64,000 nucleotides of DNA, taken from positions 1 through 64,000 of the IMG/VR virus record IMGVR_UViG_3300031537_000001; one strand, written 5' to 3'. The translations under genes were made by a program, and so were the position numbers. Origin of the DNA: a virus. Shown in pieces: positions 46,989 through 55,506 of this stretch (position 1 is its first letter; each line of letters opens with the position of its first letter). Under the pieces are notes generated by a model. The model saw only the letters and a program-made list of their open reading frames with translations, was not told where the DNA came from and made no database searches.

Positions 46989-48483
46989 CAGTGAAAAATG
47001 GTGGAAGTATGTTAAAGTTGGACATACTTTACAATGTTTGAATGCTTCAACAGGTATGCGAGCAGGTCAAGGTTATGTTCCAAATAAGGTATTTAAAGTA
47101 TTTAACATAATCTCTCAGTTAAATACTAATAGGGCCTTTACTGATTCTAAAGGATTATCTGTATGGGATGATTGGTGTAAACCTTATTATCAAGTAGGAG
47201 ATTGGGTATCTTTTTACTCCGAAATAGAAAATAAAATTATAACAAGTAGAATTAATAAACTTGGAAGTAGTTATCATTACTTAGAGTCTGGGAATCAACC
47301 TTTTACACATCTTATTAGATATGCCTCAGATGAAGAAATTAAACAAGCTAAAAAAGCTAATCTGGAAAAAGAATTTGTATTACCTGAAAAATGGTGTATA
47401 AAATCTAATAAGGATATTGTTTCTATAGTAGCTTCTTATTGGGATAAAGGCTGTAATACTGTTTGTTATAGCCAGCTTATTAAAGAAGATAGTTATATAA
47501 ATTATTATTGGGCTTCACATAACTTAGCAAACGATTGTCCACTATTTGGACATAACCCAGGAAGTAATCATTGTACTCCATCTAAACCTGAAGGATTTAC
47601 AGAAATTACATTTGAACAGTTCCAAAAATATGTTTTAAAAAATACTATTGAAATGGATAGGGAGAAATTAATAGAAGAAGCTAAAAAGAGATATCCTGCT
47701 GGGACTAAATATATATCAGCTATGAGCGGCATAGATATTTATATAGCTAAAGGAGATCCTTATTTTGGAAATATAGTTAATTCAAATTCTATATTTGATA
47801 ATCGTGCTTGTATTTATTATAATAACAAATGGGCTGAAATTATTTCTACTCCAGAAGTAAAGGTATTGGATAAATTTCCAGAAACAGGATGTATAAATTT
47901 ATTAGCAGCACCTGAATTTATAAGCTATTTCCAGCGTTTAGGTAAAATTTTATTAGGAACTGCATCCTCTAAAGAATGGACACAATTGTGTTGGAATGAA
48001 ACAAACTATTGGTATGCTGTTAAATCATCGAAATTGGTCTTTAATCCTTCTGATTTACGTCAATTTATGTTTACAGAAACTAAACCTTTAACAGTAGATG
48101 ATTTAGTTAAAGGAGAGATTTATTGCTTTGATTTTGATAATTATGAAGGTTTTATTTCTAAATGGGAATCTTATTATATATATCCAGGCAATCATTATTT
48201 TACTAGGACTAATAGATATGATTTTTCTAATCCTAACAATATTAGATTAGCCACTCAAGATGAAAAAGATTGGTTAAATGCTTGTATTAAAGCAGATAAA
48301 TTTATTTCAAAAGAAGAAGCTTTAAAACTTAAACCGGATATAGAAGAAGTAGAATGTCATATTTGTTATAAAATAAATGAAAGAAAATCTGGTTGGAATT
48401 TTGAAGAAGAATATTATAAATTTAATGTACCTCTTAAACAACAAAAACTTTCTACATTTACTAAAATTGAATTTTTTAATTAA
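46981..48483 (+). CDS. Mosaic hypothetical protein made of small repeated phage modules
   Basis: LPEKWC...EITFEQF, LIEEAKKRYP.GTKY...WAEI, IRLAT.DEKDWL..CI modules. Confidence 0.6.
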   Translation: MDNSEKWWKYVKVGHTLQCLNASTGMRAGQGYVPNKVFKVFNIISQLNTNRAFTDSKGLSVWDDWCKPYYQVGDWVSFYSEIENKIITSRINKLGSSYHYLESGNQPFTHLIRYASDEEIKQAKKANLEKEFVLPEKWCIKSNKDIVSIVASYWDKGCNTVCYSQLIKEDSYINYYWASHNLANDCPLFGHNPGSNHCTPSKPEGFTEITFEQFQKYVLKNTIEMDREKLIEEAKKRYPAGTKYISAMSGIDIYIAKGDPYFGNIVNSNSIFDNRACIYYNNKWAEIISTPEVKVLDKFPETGCINLLAAPEFISYFQRLGKILLGTASSKEWTQLCWNETNYWYAVKSSKLVFNPSDLRQFMFTETKPLTVDDLVKGEIYCFDFDNYEGFISKWESYYIYPGNHYFTRTNRYDFSNPNNIRLATQDEKDWLNACIKADKFISKEEALKLKPDIEEVECHICYKINERKSGWNFEEEYYKFNVPLKQQKLSTFTKIEFFN

Positions 48484-48499
48484 CATTAAATAGATAAAA

Positions 48500-48925
48500 A
48501 TGAAAAACGAAAAAGTATCAAAATTTGTACTACAAGGTGTAAAAGATCTTGAGAAGACTGAGAAAGAAATATTTATCGAAAAAACTGAAAAATTTCTAAC
48601 TTTTGCTAGAATTGAAGCTAACAAGAATATTAATAATATTCAGTCAGCTATTTCAGCTAAATTAGCTTTAATTTCTTATAAAGAACAGGAAATTGAGTTA
48701 CAAGAAGCTGAAATTGAAAAAGTTAGATTTACAAAAGCTTCTAATTATGTCAAATATTGTAGAAACTTAGAAGAATCTAAACAACTTAAAGATAAGTTGA
48801 TAAACTTTACTAGCGATGAAGATGATAAGAAAGGTTTAGCTCAATTAAAATTTGAGATTGAATATCTTAAAACTCAACTTGAGTTACATAAAGAAAATTT
48901 AGTTACTTTTAATAGTGAGGAGTAG
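48500..48925 (+). CDS. Coiled-coil hypothetical protein
   Basis: 141 aa. Confidence 0.55.
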   Translation: MKNEKVSKFVLQGVKDLEKTEKEIFIEKTEKFLTFARIEANKNINNIQSAISAKLALISYKEQEIELQEAEIEKVRFTKASNYVKYCRNLEESKQLKDKLINFTSDEDDKKGLAQLKFEIEYLKTQLELHKENLVTFNSEE

Positions 48926-49179
48926 AAATACTCCTTTTTATACTTAAATTATGGAAAGCGAATATAAAGAAAGAGCTGAAGAAATTTTATTCTTTTTAAG
49001 TGCTAAACAAAGGGCGCAACCTTTTATTGGACTAAGTAAGGAAGAAAAAGAACTTATTATTACGGCTATGTGTCAATTGGCTGAAGAAGTAAAGAAATCT
49101 TGTGTTGAAGAAGCTGAATAAAAAAAAAATAAAATTGATTAATATGAAACAATTTAAGCTTATTTAAGAAGTTTGGAAG

Positions 49180-49380
49180 ATGCTTAAAGTAGGAGATAAA
49201 GTCCACTACATTCCTTTTTCAGATTGTGATGAATCAATTATAGAAAATGGAATTGTTAAATCACTACAAAACGAAGAATATTGTTTTGTTGTGTTTCATT
49301 GGTCAGATACCCCAGAAAAGTATCAAGACTTTACAGGTCAAAGAACAGATATAAAATCATTAAAGAAAGGATGGATATGA
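49180..49380 (+). CDS. Small SH3-like hypothetical protein
   Basis: LKVGDKVHYIP..ENGIVK. Confidence 0.6.
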   Translation: MLKVGDKVHYIPFSDCDESIIENGIVKSLQNEEYCFVVFHWSDTPEKYQDFTGQRTDIKSLKKGWI

Positions 49381-50183
49381 TAATAGGAATTAGTGGTAAA
49401 TCACAATCAGGAAAAGATCTTGTAGGTAAGATTATTCAATATTTAACTCATTGTAAAAATGATGATACTACTTGGGAAGATTGGAATAATTTCATTCATT
49501 ATGATTTAGGAGATTGGAGAATAAAGAAATTTGCAGCAAAGGTAAAACAAATATTATCCATTCTTACTGGAATATCTATTGAAGACTTTGAAAAAGAAGA
49601 AGTCAAGAATAGTTATTTAGGAGAAGAATGGAATTACGTTATAATTGGTGATATGCTATGTACAGTCCAAGATTATTATAATTATATTGCTGGTACTACA
49701 TATCTTTCTAAAAAAGAAGATATTCAAAGAATGACAGTACGTCAAGCTCTTCAATGGATAGGAACAGATTTATTTAGAAATAAATTTCATCCTCAAACGT
49801 GGTGTAATGCTTTGTTTAGTGAATATAAATTAAATACTATAATTAGAAATGGTCAAAAGTACAGAGGATTAGAATTTCCATCATGGATCATTACAGATTG
49901 TAGATTTCCTAATGAGGCTAAAGCTATTAAAGATAGAGGAGGTATATTGATTAGAGTTAATAGATCTGTATGTCCTAAATGTGGAGAAGAAGAAAATTTC
50001 CATTGGGATATTGTTACACATAGATTAGAATATTGTAATGAGTGTGGTTATAGATGGAATACACACGAAAGCGAAACTGCCCTAGATAATTATAATTTTG
50101 ATTATGAAATAGATAATTCAGAAACTATTGAAAAATTAATAGAAAAAGTAAAAGAAATATTAATTAAAGAAAAGTTGATATGA
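49377..50183 (+). CDS. Deoxynucleoside monophosphate kinase
   Basis: MIIGISGKSQSGKD, FA..VK, RQALQWIGTD, ITDCRFPNE, HESE; real start probably 49377. Confidence 0.88.
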   Translation: MIIGISGKSQSGKDLVGKIIQYLTHCKNDDTTWEDWNNFIHYDLGDWRIKKFAAKVKQILSILTGISIEDFEKEEVKNSYLGEEWNYVIIGDMLCTVQDYYNYIAGTTYLSKKEDIQRMTVRQALQWIGTDLFRNKFHPQTWCNALFSEYKLNTIIRNGQKYRGLEFPSWIITDCRFPNEAKAIKDRGGILIRVNRSVCPKCGEEENFHWDIVTHRLEYCNECGYRWNTHESETALDNYNFDYEIDNSETIEKLIEKVKEILIKEKLI

Positions 50184-50524
50184 ATGAAGTTCAAAAAAGA
50201 ATAGACAAATTACTAGATAGATTTTCTAATGAAGTAATTACGGATGTTGATTTACAAGCTGCTATAGTTGAATTAAGAACTCTAAAAGCTTTAGTAAAAC
50301 ATTTGTTTGAAACTAATCTTACTGAGGAAGATAATTTAGGTTTTAATGACTTACGAGCTGCTCAGATAAAACATTGTAAAGATTTACGTGTAACCAGATG
50401 GGCTCCTTATGATGGAATTTGTCCTAAATGCAGAAAACAAATATACGATGTATTAACTTTAGAGGAGTGTTCTTCTGAAGTTATTGTTAATTGTCCTTAT
50501 TGTAACGCTGATTTTACTACTTAA
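50180..50524 (+). CDS. Zinc-ribbon hypothetical protein
   Basis: CPKC...CPYC. Confidence 0.6.
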   Translation: MNEVQKRIDKLLDRFSNEVITDVDLQAAIVELRTLKALVKHLFETNLTEEDNLGFNDLRAAQIKHCKDLRVTRWAPYDGICPKCRKQIYDVLTLEECSSEVIVNCPYCNADFTT

Positions 50525-50535
50525 TTATATGTATC

Positions 50536-51006
50536 ATGATAACTCTTTATATTTTATCCTTATGTATATTTATAGGATATATTACTATTACAATAATAAG
50601 ATATGGTATACTTGATTCGGTTTCTAATTCATATTATTGGTTTCCATATAATCAAAAACTGCTTTTTACACTGTTCTGTTGGGGAATTTCAATACCGGTT
50701 ATGATTTTAGCTGAATCTCCTATTATGTTTTTTGCTGGTTCCGGAATAACTTTTGCCGGTGCTGCTGCCGCATATCAAGAAAGAATTACACATACTGTTC
50801 ATATGATAGGTGCTTTTTCTGGTGTTATATTAAGCCAGATTTCAATTGTAATTGATTTTCATTTATATATTCTGAATTTTATTTTTATCAGTATATCTTT
50901 AATACTTATTTTATTGACTAAATTAAGGATTAAAGTACATTATTTTTGGTGGATTGAAATCTTAGCTTATATCTGTATTATGATTTCATTGCTTTCAAAA
51001 CTATAA
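50536..51006 (+). CDS. Multi-pass membrane protein
   Basis: About 5 TM helices; SVSNSYY. Confidence 0.7.
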   Translation: MITLYILSLCIFIGYITITIIRYGILDSVSNSYYWFPYNQKLLFTLFCWGISIPVMILAESPIMFFAGSGITFAGAAAAYQERITHTVHMIGAFSGVILSQISIVIDFHLYILNFIFISISLILILLTKLRIKVHYFWWIEILAYICIMISLLSKL

Positions 51007-51026
51007 CATAATTTAATTATTTAACT

Positions 51027-51488
51027 ATGGTAGGAAAGAAAAATTTAGATTCTTTTGAAACTGAATCTGTTGAAAACCCTTCATTCGTATTAGATATAAT
51101 CTATTCTTCTGAGTTAAATAATTATAACTCGTTTCTTGTTAAGACAATACAAAGCGTTATTAATTATAGATTTAAGATTGAGTTATATCATCCTTCTTTG
51201 AAAAATATTATTATCATACTTACGATTCCAAGTAAGGGATTTGGATCTACTCAAGAAGATTCAATTAACTTTAGTAAGAATCAAAAGATTCTTTTGATAA
51301 ATTCTAAATTTAAAGGGTATAAAAAATTTCACTCTACTTCAAATGTAAAGGAGGCTATGAAGTTAGTATTTGACCATATAATAAATACTATTGATATGTT
51401 AGATATATTTCAAGAACTTAAGAAAGATGATTTAAAAGAGTATATTTCTTTGTGTAAAGATGATGTTATAGGTAAATTTGAAATATGA
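51027..51488 (+). CDS. Hypothetical protein
   Basis: 153 aa. Confidence 0.5.
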   Translation: MVGKKNLDSFETESVENPSFVLDIIYSSELNNYNSFLVKTIQSVINYRFKIELYHPSLKNIIIILTIPSKGFGSTQEDSINFSKNQKILLINSKFKGYKKFHSTSNVKEAMKLVFDHIINTIDMLDIFQELKKDDLKEYISLCKDDVIGKFEI

Positions 51489-51871
51489 TGAAACAATTAA
51501 TTAAAATTTTACTATATGTGTCGAGTATAGGTATAGTAGCAATACTTTTTATATTTAAAGGATTATGTAAACTACTTAAAATAGATTATAATGATACTAT
51601 CAAAACTAAGTGAACTAATAAAGAATATTATATTCTTTGTATTAATGGTGTTACTTTTTGTAGCATCGTTCTTTGTAGGATTGTTTACGAATTTTCAATA
51701 AATTGTAAACTTTCGAAGATATGAAAGAAACAAATCCCAGTTAATATATTTTTTGTTAGTAAAAGATTATTTATTGATATATTTTTCTGAATTTTATAAG
51801 GGTTGTTGGATTTGCGGCCCTTATGTTTACATTGTAGGTATGTAAGTCTACGGCATTTAAAGATAAATCTA

Positions 51872-52069
51872 ATGAGTAGATTAAGAGAAAATATTAAAAA
51901 AGCCCTTATAGACAGGGGATTTACGGGTGAAATTAAATTATTCTTTTGGCCCAAAGATGGGTGGTACGGACATTGTGACCAATTTCAACATGAATGGTTA
52001 GGTCAACACTCGAAACATTCCGTCGAACAAATCAAAGAAGGGCTTTTTGATACGTATTTAGATCAATAA
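51872..52069 (+). CDS. Hypothetical protein in a cassette-like unit
   Basis: MSRLRENIKK...; flanked by imperfect inverted repeats. Confidence 0.5.
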   Translation: MSRLRENIKKALIDRGFTGEIKLFFWPKDGWYGHCDQFQHEWLGQHSKHSVEQIKEGLFDTYLDQ

Positions 52070-52220
52070 GTTTATTACCAACAATGACTGTCCGCGTAGC
52101 GGCAGATGTTCATCACCCGCATAGCGGGAAGCCGATGGAACGCAAGTAGCGGAGCAGAGTTGCATATAGCTGCGGTTATCGTCTCGGTTTTTATTATTAA
52201 TCTTAAAATCAATATATTTT

Positions 52221-52640
52221 ATGAAAAAACAATGTGAATTAAAAAATTATGAATGTTCCTTAAATGGTCAGGATTGGTGGAGCTGTAATGAAACATCATA
52301 CGGAAAAGCCAAATCTGCTTTTTATCGAATGTTAGATATGGAGATTAAATACATTTGGATTAAATGTAGGTGTATTGGCAAACCTTACACAAGTGAAGAT
52401 TTTAAAAGAACTGCAAAATATAGAGGTATTGATTTTGCTTATTGCGGAATGGTTGTAGATGTTGATGGAGTTAAAGGTTTGATTGTAGGACATAATTCAT
52501 CAGCAAATTTGGATATTTTATTTACAGATGGGAAATGTAAAGGTCAAACTCTTAATTGCCATCCAAATTGGAAAATGACTTATTATAATTCAAAAGGTGA
52601 AGTTATTAAGTCATTTAGTGATAACCGTGCAGCTTCTTAA
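52221..52640 (+). CDS. Hypothetical phage protein in a cassette-like unit
   Basis: GLIVGHNSSANLD...NCHPNW. Confidence 0.65.
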   Translation: MKKQCELKNYECSLNGQDWWSCNETSYGKAKSAFYRMLDMEIKYIWIKCRCIGKPYTSEDFKRTAKYRGIDFAYCGMVVDVDGVKGLIVGHNSSANLDILFTDGKCKGQTLNCHPNWKMTYYNSKGEVIKSFSDNRAAS

Positions 52641-53014
52641 ATTGAGCGATGACGGCTTCCCGCTAAACTTCGTTTTATTAAAAATATTAAGTATATTGAC
52701 ACAGGAATGAAAAGGATGGAAATATAAAACTTTCGATAAATTTTATAGATTGGAATAATCTTACAATAGAACAGTACATCGAATATTTAGAAAATAAATT
52801 TAAATATAATTCAAGTGGTACAGCAAAAGCTGTTTTTGAATTGATAGCGGCTTATAAATCGTTAAATCAGAGTATTAAGGTATGCGAATATTTTGAATCT
52901 AATAATACAGAAAATAGTGCAACTAAGTGTAGTAAATGCGGACATGAAAAATAGAAGCATTTAAATACAAAGTAATTGGCTAAAATGAAAGGAGTTGATT
53001 TAAAATAACTAATA

Positions 53015-53380
53015 ATGAGAGATAGTTGGTTAGACCCTAACGGAAAAATAATAGAAGTTGGTGACTTTAGGCACAACGAATACGCTCATGAATTACTTGA
53101 AAATGAAATGGGCATGGAACAGCTACACGAATACATGGATGAACATAATTGTCATAGTGCTACTGAGGTTCTACATAAGTATGGGTGGGTTAGAATTAAA
53201 TATAACACGGCTTATCTACCAAGGATAGAAATATTAGGTAACTGTATTAGCTTAGTTAAACCTGAGCATAACACAATTGACCCACGAATGAATAGTAAAC
53301 AATTAGAAGTTGCTAAACGATTGTGTGAGGAAAATAATACCACATTACACGTAGCTGTTAATGATAAACGCTTCTGGTAA
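53015..53380 (+). CDS. Hypothetical protein
   Basis: WLDPNG...H..YA...GWVRI. Confidence 0.6.
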   Translation: MRDSWLDPNGKIIEVGDFRHNEYAHELLENEMGMEQLHEYMDEHNCHSATEVLHKYGWVRIKYNTAYLPRIEILGNCISLVKPEHNTIDPRMNSKQLEVAKRLCEENNTTLHVAVNDKRFW

Positions 53381-53573
53381 ATTGTGGCTAATGATTAAAT
53401 AGTCGCTTTTTGATTGCGGCTATTGAGTGTTATTTAATTAAAAATATTGAGATATGAAAAAAAAATCATTAACCGAAGTCTGGCAATCAAAAATTAAATG
53501 GGAGCACTTAAATACAAAATAATTAGTCAAAATAAATTAATTAAAAAAAGGATGGTAAAAGTATTATAAATTT

Positions 53574-53602
53574 TACCAGGCTTTTGCCTGGTATTTTTTT
53601 TT
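53574..53602 (+). terminator. Intrinsic terminator ending the early/middle region
   Basis: TACCAGGC-TTTT-GCCTGGTA plus T9. Confidence 0.85.
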
Positions 53603-53625
53603 AATTAGCGTATCATTTAAATTCG

Positions 53626-53633
53626 TATATTTG
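53626..53633 (+). promoter_or_regulatory. Bacteroidota -7 promoter element (TATATTTG) for the tail operon
   Basis: TTCGTATATTTGTA, 20 nt before the ATG at 53653. Confidence 0.7.
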
Positions 53634-53652
53634 TATAAAAATATAATCTATA

Positions 53653-54315
53653 ATGAAAAGAAGTGAATTAATTGCCGATATAAGAGAGGTTTTAAGATCT
53701 TATTCTATAGATGATGAAATTGCTGATAGACATATTTTATTCCTTATACGAACAAAACGTAACAAATACATACGTCAAAAGGAAATTAATAGTAGGGGAG
53801 AATATAGAAACCAACTACAACAATCTGTATTTTTGGCTTTAGAAATTACAGATACTTCAAGATATCCTGGAATTACAACAGGTGGAAAAATACTTCGAAC
53901 AATTAAATCCTTACCAAATTTAGTAGGTAGAGATGCTTTCAAACAGATGGAAATACGAACTGTTGATTATTTAGGTACAGAAGTAGAGATACTTGATAAA
54001 GCAAGAGTAGCCTATGCCTCAAGTGCTCCTAAAGGGTTTATTTATTGTTTTCGGGAAGATGATGGAAAACTATATTTTTTCAGTAAAGACCCTTCACATT
54101 TTGCTATTGAACAGGTTGTAGTTCAATGTATACTTGAAGATCCAGAAGAAATAGTAAGTTTGAATAGTTTAACTACACCTCTTGAAATATATCCTATCAC
54201 AGGAGATCTATGGGGTATTATACGGCCTGAAATATTATCAGAACTAGCAATGAGTAAAGGTATTCCTATTGACACATTAAATGATAAAGCTGATGCTCCG
54301 ACACCATCTAAATAA
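53653..54315 (+). CDS. Tail ring/structural protein
   Basis: First gene of the crAss tail block; LRTIKSLP, ILEDPEE, P.D..ND. Confidence 0.7.
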   Translation: MKRSELIADIREVLRSYSIDDEIADRHILFLIRTKRNKYIRQKEINSRGEYRNQLQQSVFLALEITDTSRYPGITTGGKILRTIKSLPNLVGRDAFKQMEIRTVDYLGTEVEILDKARVAYASSAPKGFIYCFREDDGKLYFFSKDPSHFAIEQVVVQCILEDPEEIVSLNSLTTPLEIYPITGDLWGIIRPEILSELAMSKGIPIDTLNDKADAPTPSK

Positions 54316-54793
54316 ATTAGATTTTGTCTCTCAAGACTTCTTTAAGATGTTTAAGAGACGTAATAAAACTTCAGATATAACTATGCCTACTTATACATTA
54401 ATTATAAGAACTTTCTTTGAATTAGCTGTAACCAAAATCATAAACGATGCTTTTCGATTAAAATTACCTCAATTTGGGTTATTTTATTTGGTTAAAACTA
54501 AACAGAAAATAGGAAAAGATAAAGCGGGTAAAGTTAGAGTATATGGATCTATAAATTGGAAAGCTACAAAGGAATTAATAAAAGAAACAGGAGATAAAAG
54601 TAGAAAGGTATACTATTTAAACGATCATACTAATAGACATGTCTATACTATTTTATGGGATAAATACATGGTTGATTTTACTAATAAAACCTTCTATACT
54701 TTTGCAATTAATAAAAAACACAGACAAGCATTGAATTATGCTATACTAAATTCCGATAAACCTTTAAATGCATATGAGATATGGTATCGTTAG
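54281..54793 (+). CDS. IHF/HU-like protein of the crAss tail block
   Basis: LKLPQFG...INWKATKEL...YYLNDHT...W. Confidence 0.65.
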   Translation: MIKLMLRHHLNKLDFVSQDFFKMFKRRNKTSDITMPTYTLIIRTFFELAVTKIINDAFRLKLPQFGLFYLVKTKQKIGKDKAGKVRVYGSINWKATKELIKETGDKSRKVYYLNDHTNRHVYTILWDKYMVDFTNKTFYTFAINKKHRQALNYAILNSDKPLNAYEIWYR

Positions 54794-55500
54794 GAGAAAT
54801 AATGTATAACCTTTTAAAGAACCCTTCTTTAAGAGCTGTAAATAAGAGTGATGTAGTAAATCATTTAAAAGATTTCATTAACCTTGTGGGAGCCCCCGGA
54901 TTACATGAAGATAAAAATATAACCTTAGATATTTATGATTTCAGAGCCCAGGTTCCTACCGATTTTATCAATACAACTGTTGTAAGAAAGATTATTATCA
55001 ATAGTGAAGAACCACGTCCTATAACTATGGGACATAATACAGACCAATTCTTTAATACTTATAAAGCACAAAGTGATAATGGCTCTACTATAGATTTACT
55101 TTATACTTTTAAAGTAGTAGGAGATTTTATTTATGTTGACTTTAAAGAAGGACAAATTGAGTTAGCCTATAAAGCATTTAGAGTAGATGAAGAAGGACTT
55201 CCTCTTATTAATGCAGGTACAGCCTTTAGAATAGCTGCTGAATGGTATATTAAAAAACAATACTATATGGTTCTCTGGGAACAAGGTTTACTTCCGGATA
55301 AAGTTTTACAATATACCGATCAACAATATGCATGGCATGTGGGTCAGGCTCATAGTGAACTAAATATACCTGATCCTATTGAAGCTGAAGCTATTGGTAA
55401 TGCAATTGTAAGGTTAATACCTTTGATAGATAATCGCGAGTCAAATTATAAATATGATTCACAAAAAGAAAGATTAATAAATCATGCTCCATTTAGATAA
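54781..55500 (+). CDS. Tail tubular (ring) protein
   Basis: FKEGQIELAYKA..VDEEGLPLI...QQYAWHVGQA. Confidence 0.75.
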   Translation: MVSLGEIMYNLLKNPSLRAVNKSDVVNHLKDFINLVGAPGLHEDKNITLDIYDFRAQVPTDFINTTVVRKIIINSEEPRPITMGHNTDQFFNTYKAQSDNGSTIDLLYTFKVVGDFIYVDFKEGQIELAYKAFRVDEEGLPLINAGTAFRIAAEWYIKKQYYMVLWEQGLLPDKVLQYTDQQYAWHVGQAHSELNIPDPIEAEAIGNAIVRLIPLIDNRESNYKYDSQKERLINHAPFR

Positions 55501-55506
55501 TAAGCT

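Noticed and set aside
49281-49376. N-terminal extension of the dNMP kinase
   Set aside because: Overlaps 49180..49380; the kinase P-loop begins at ATG 49377
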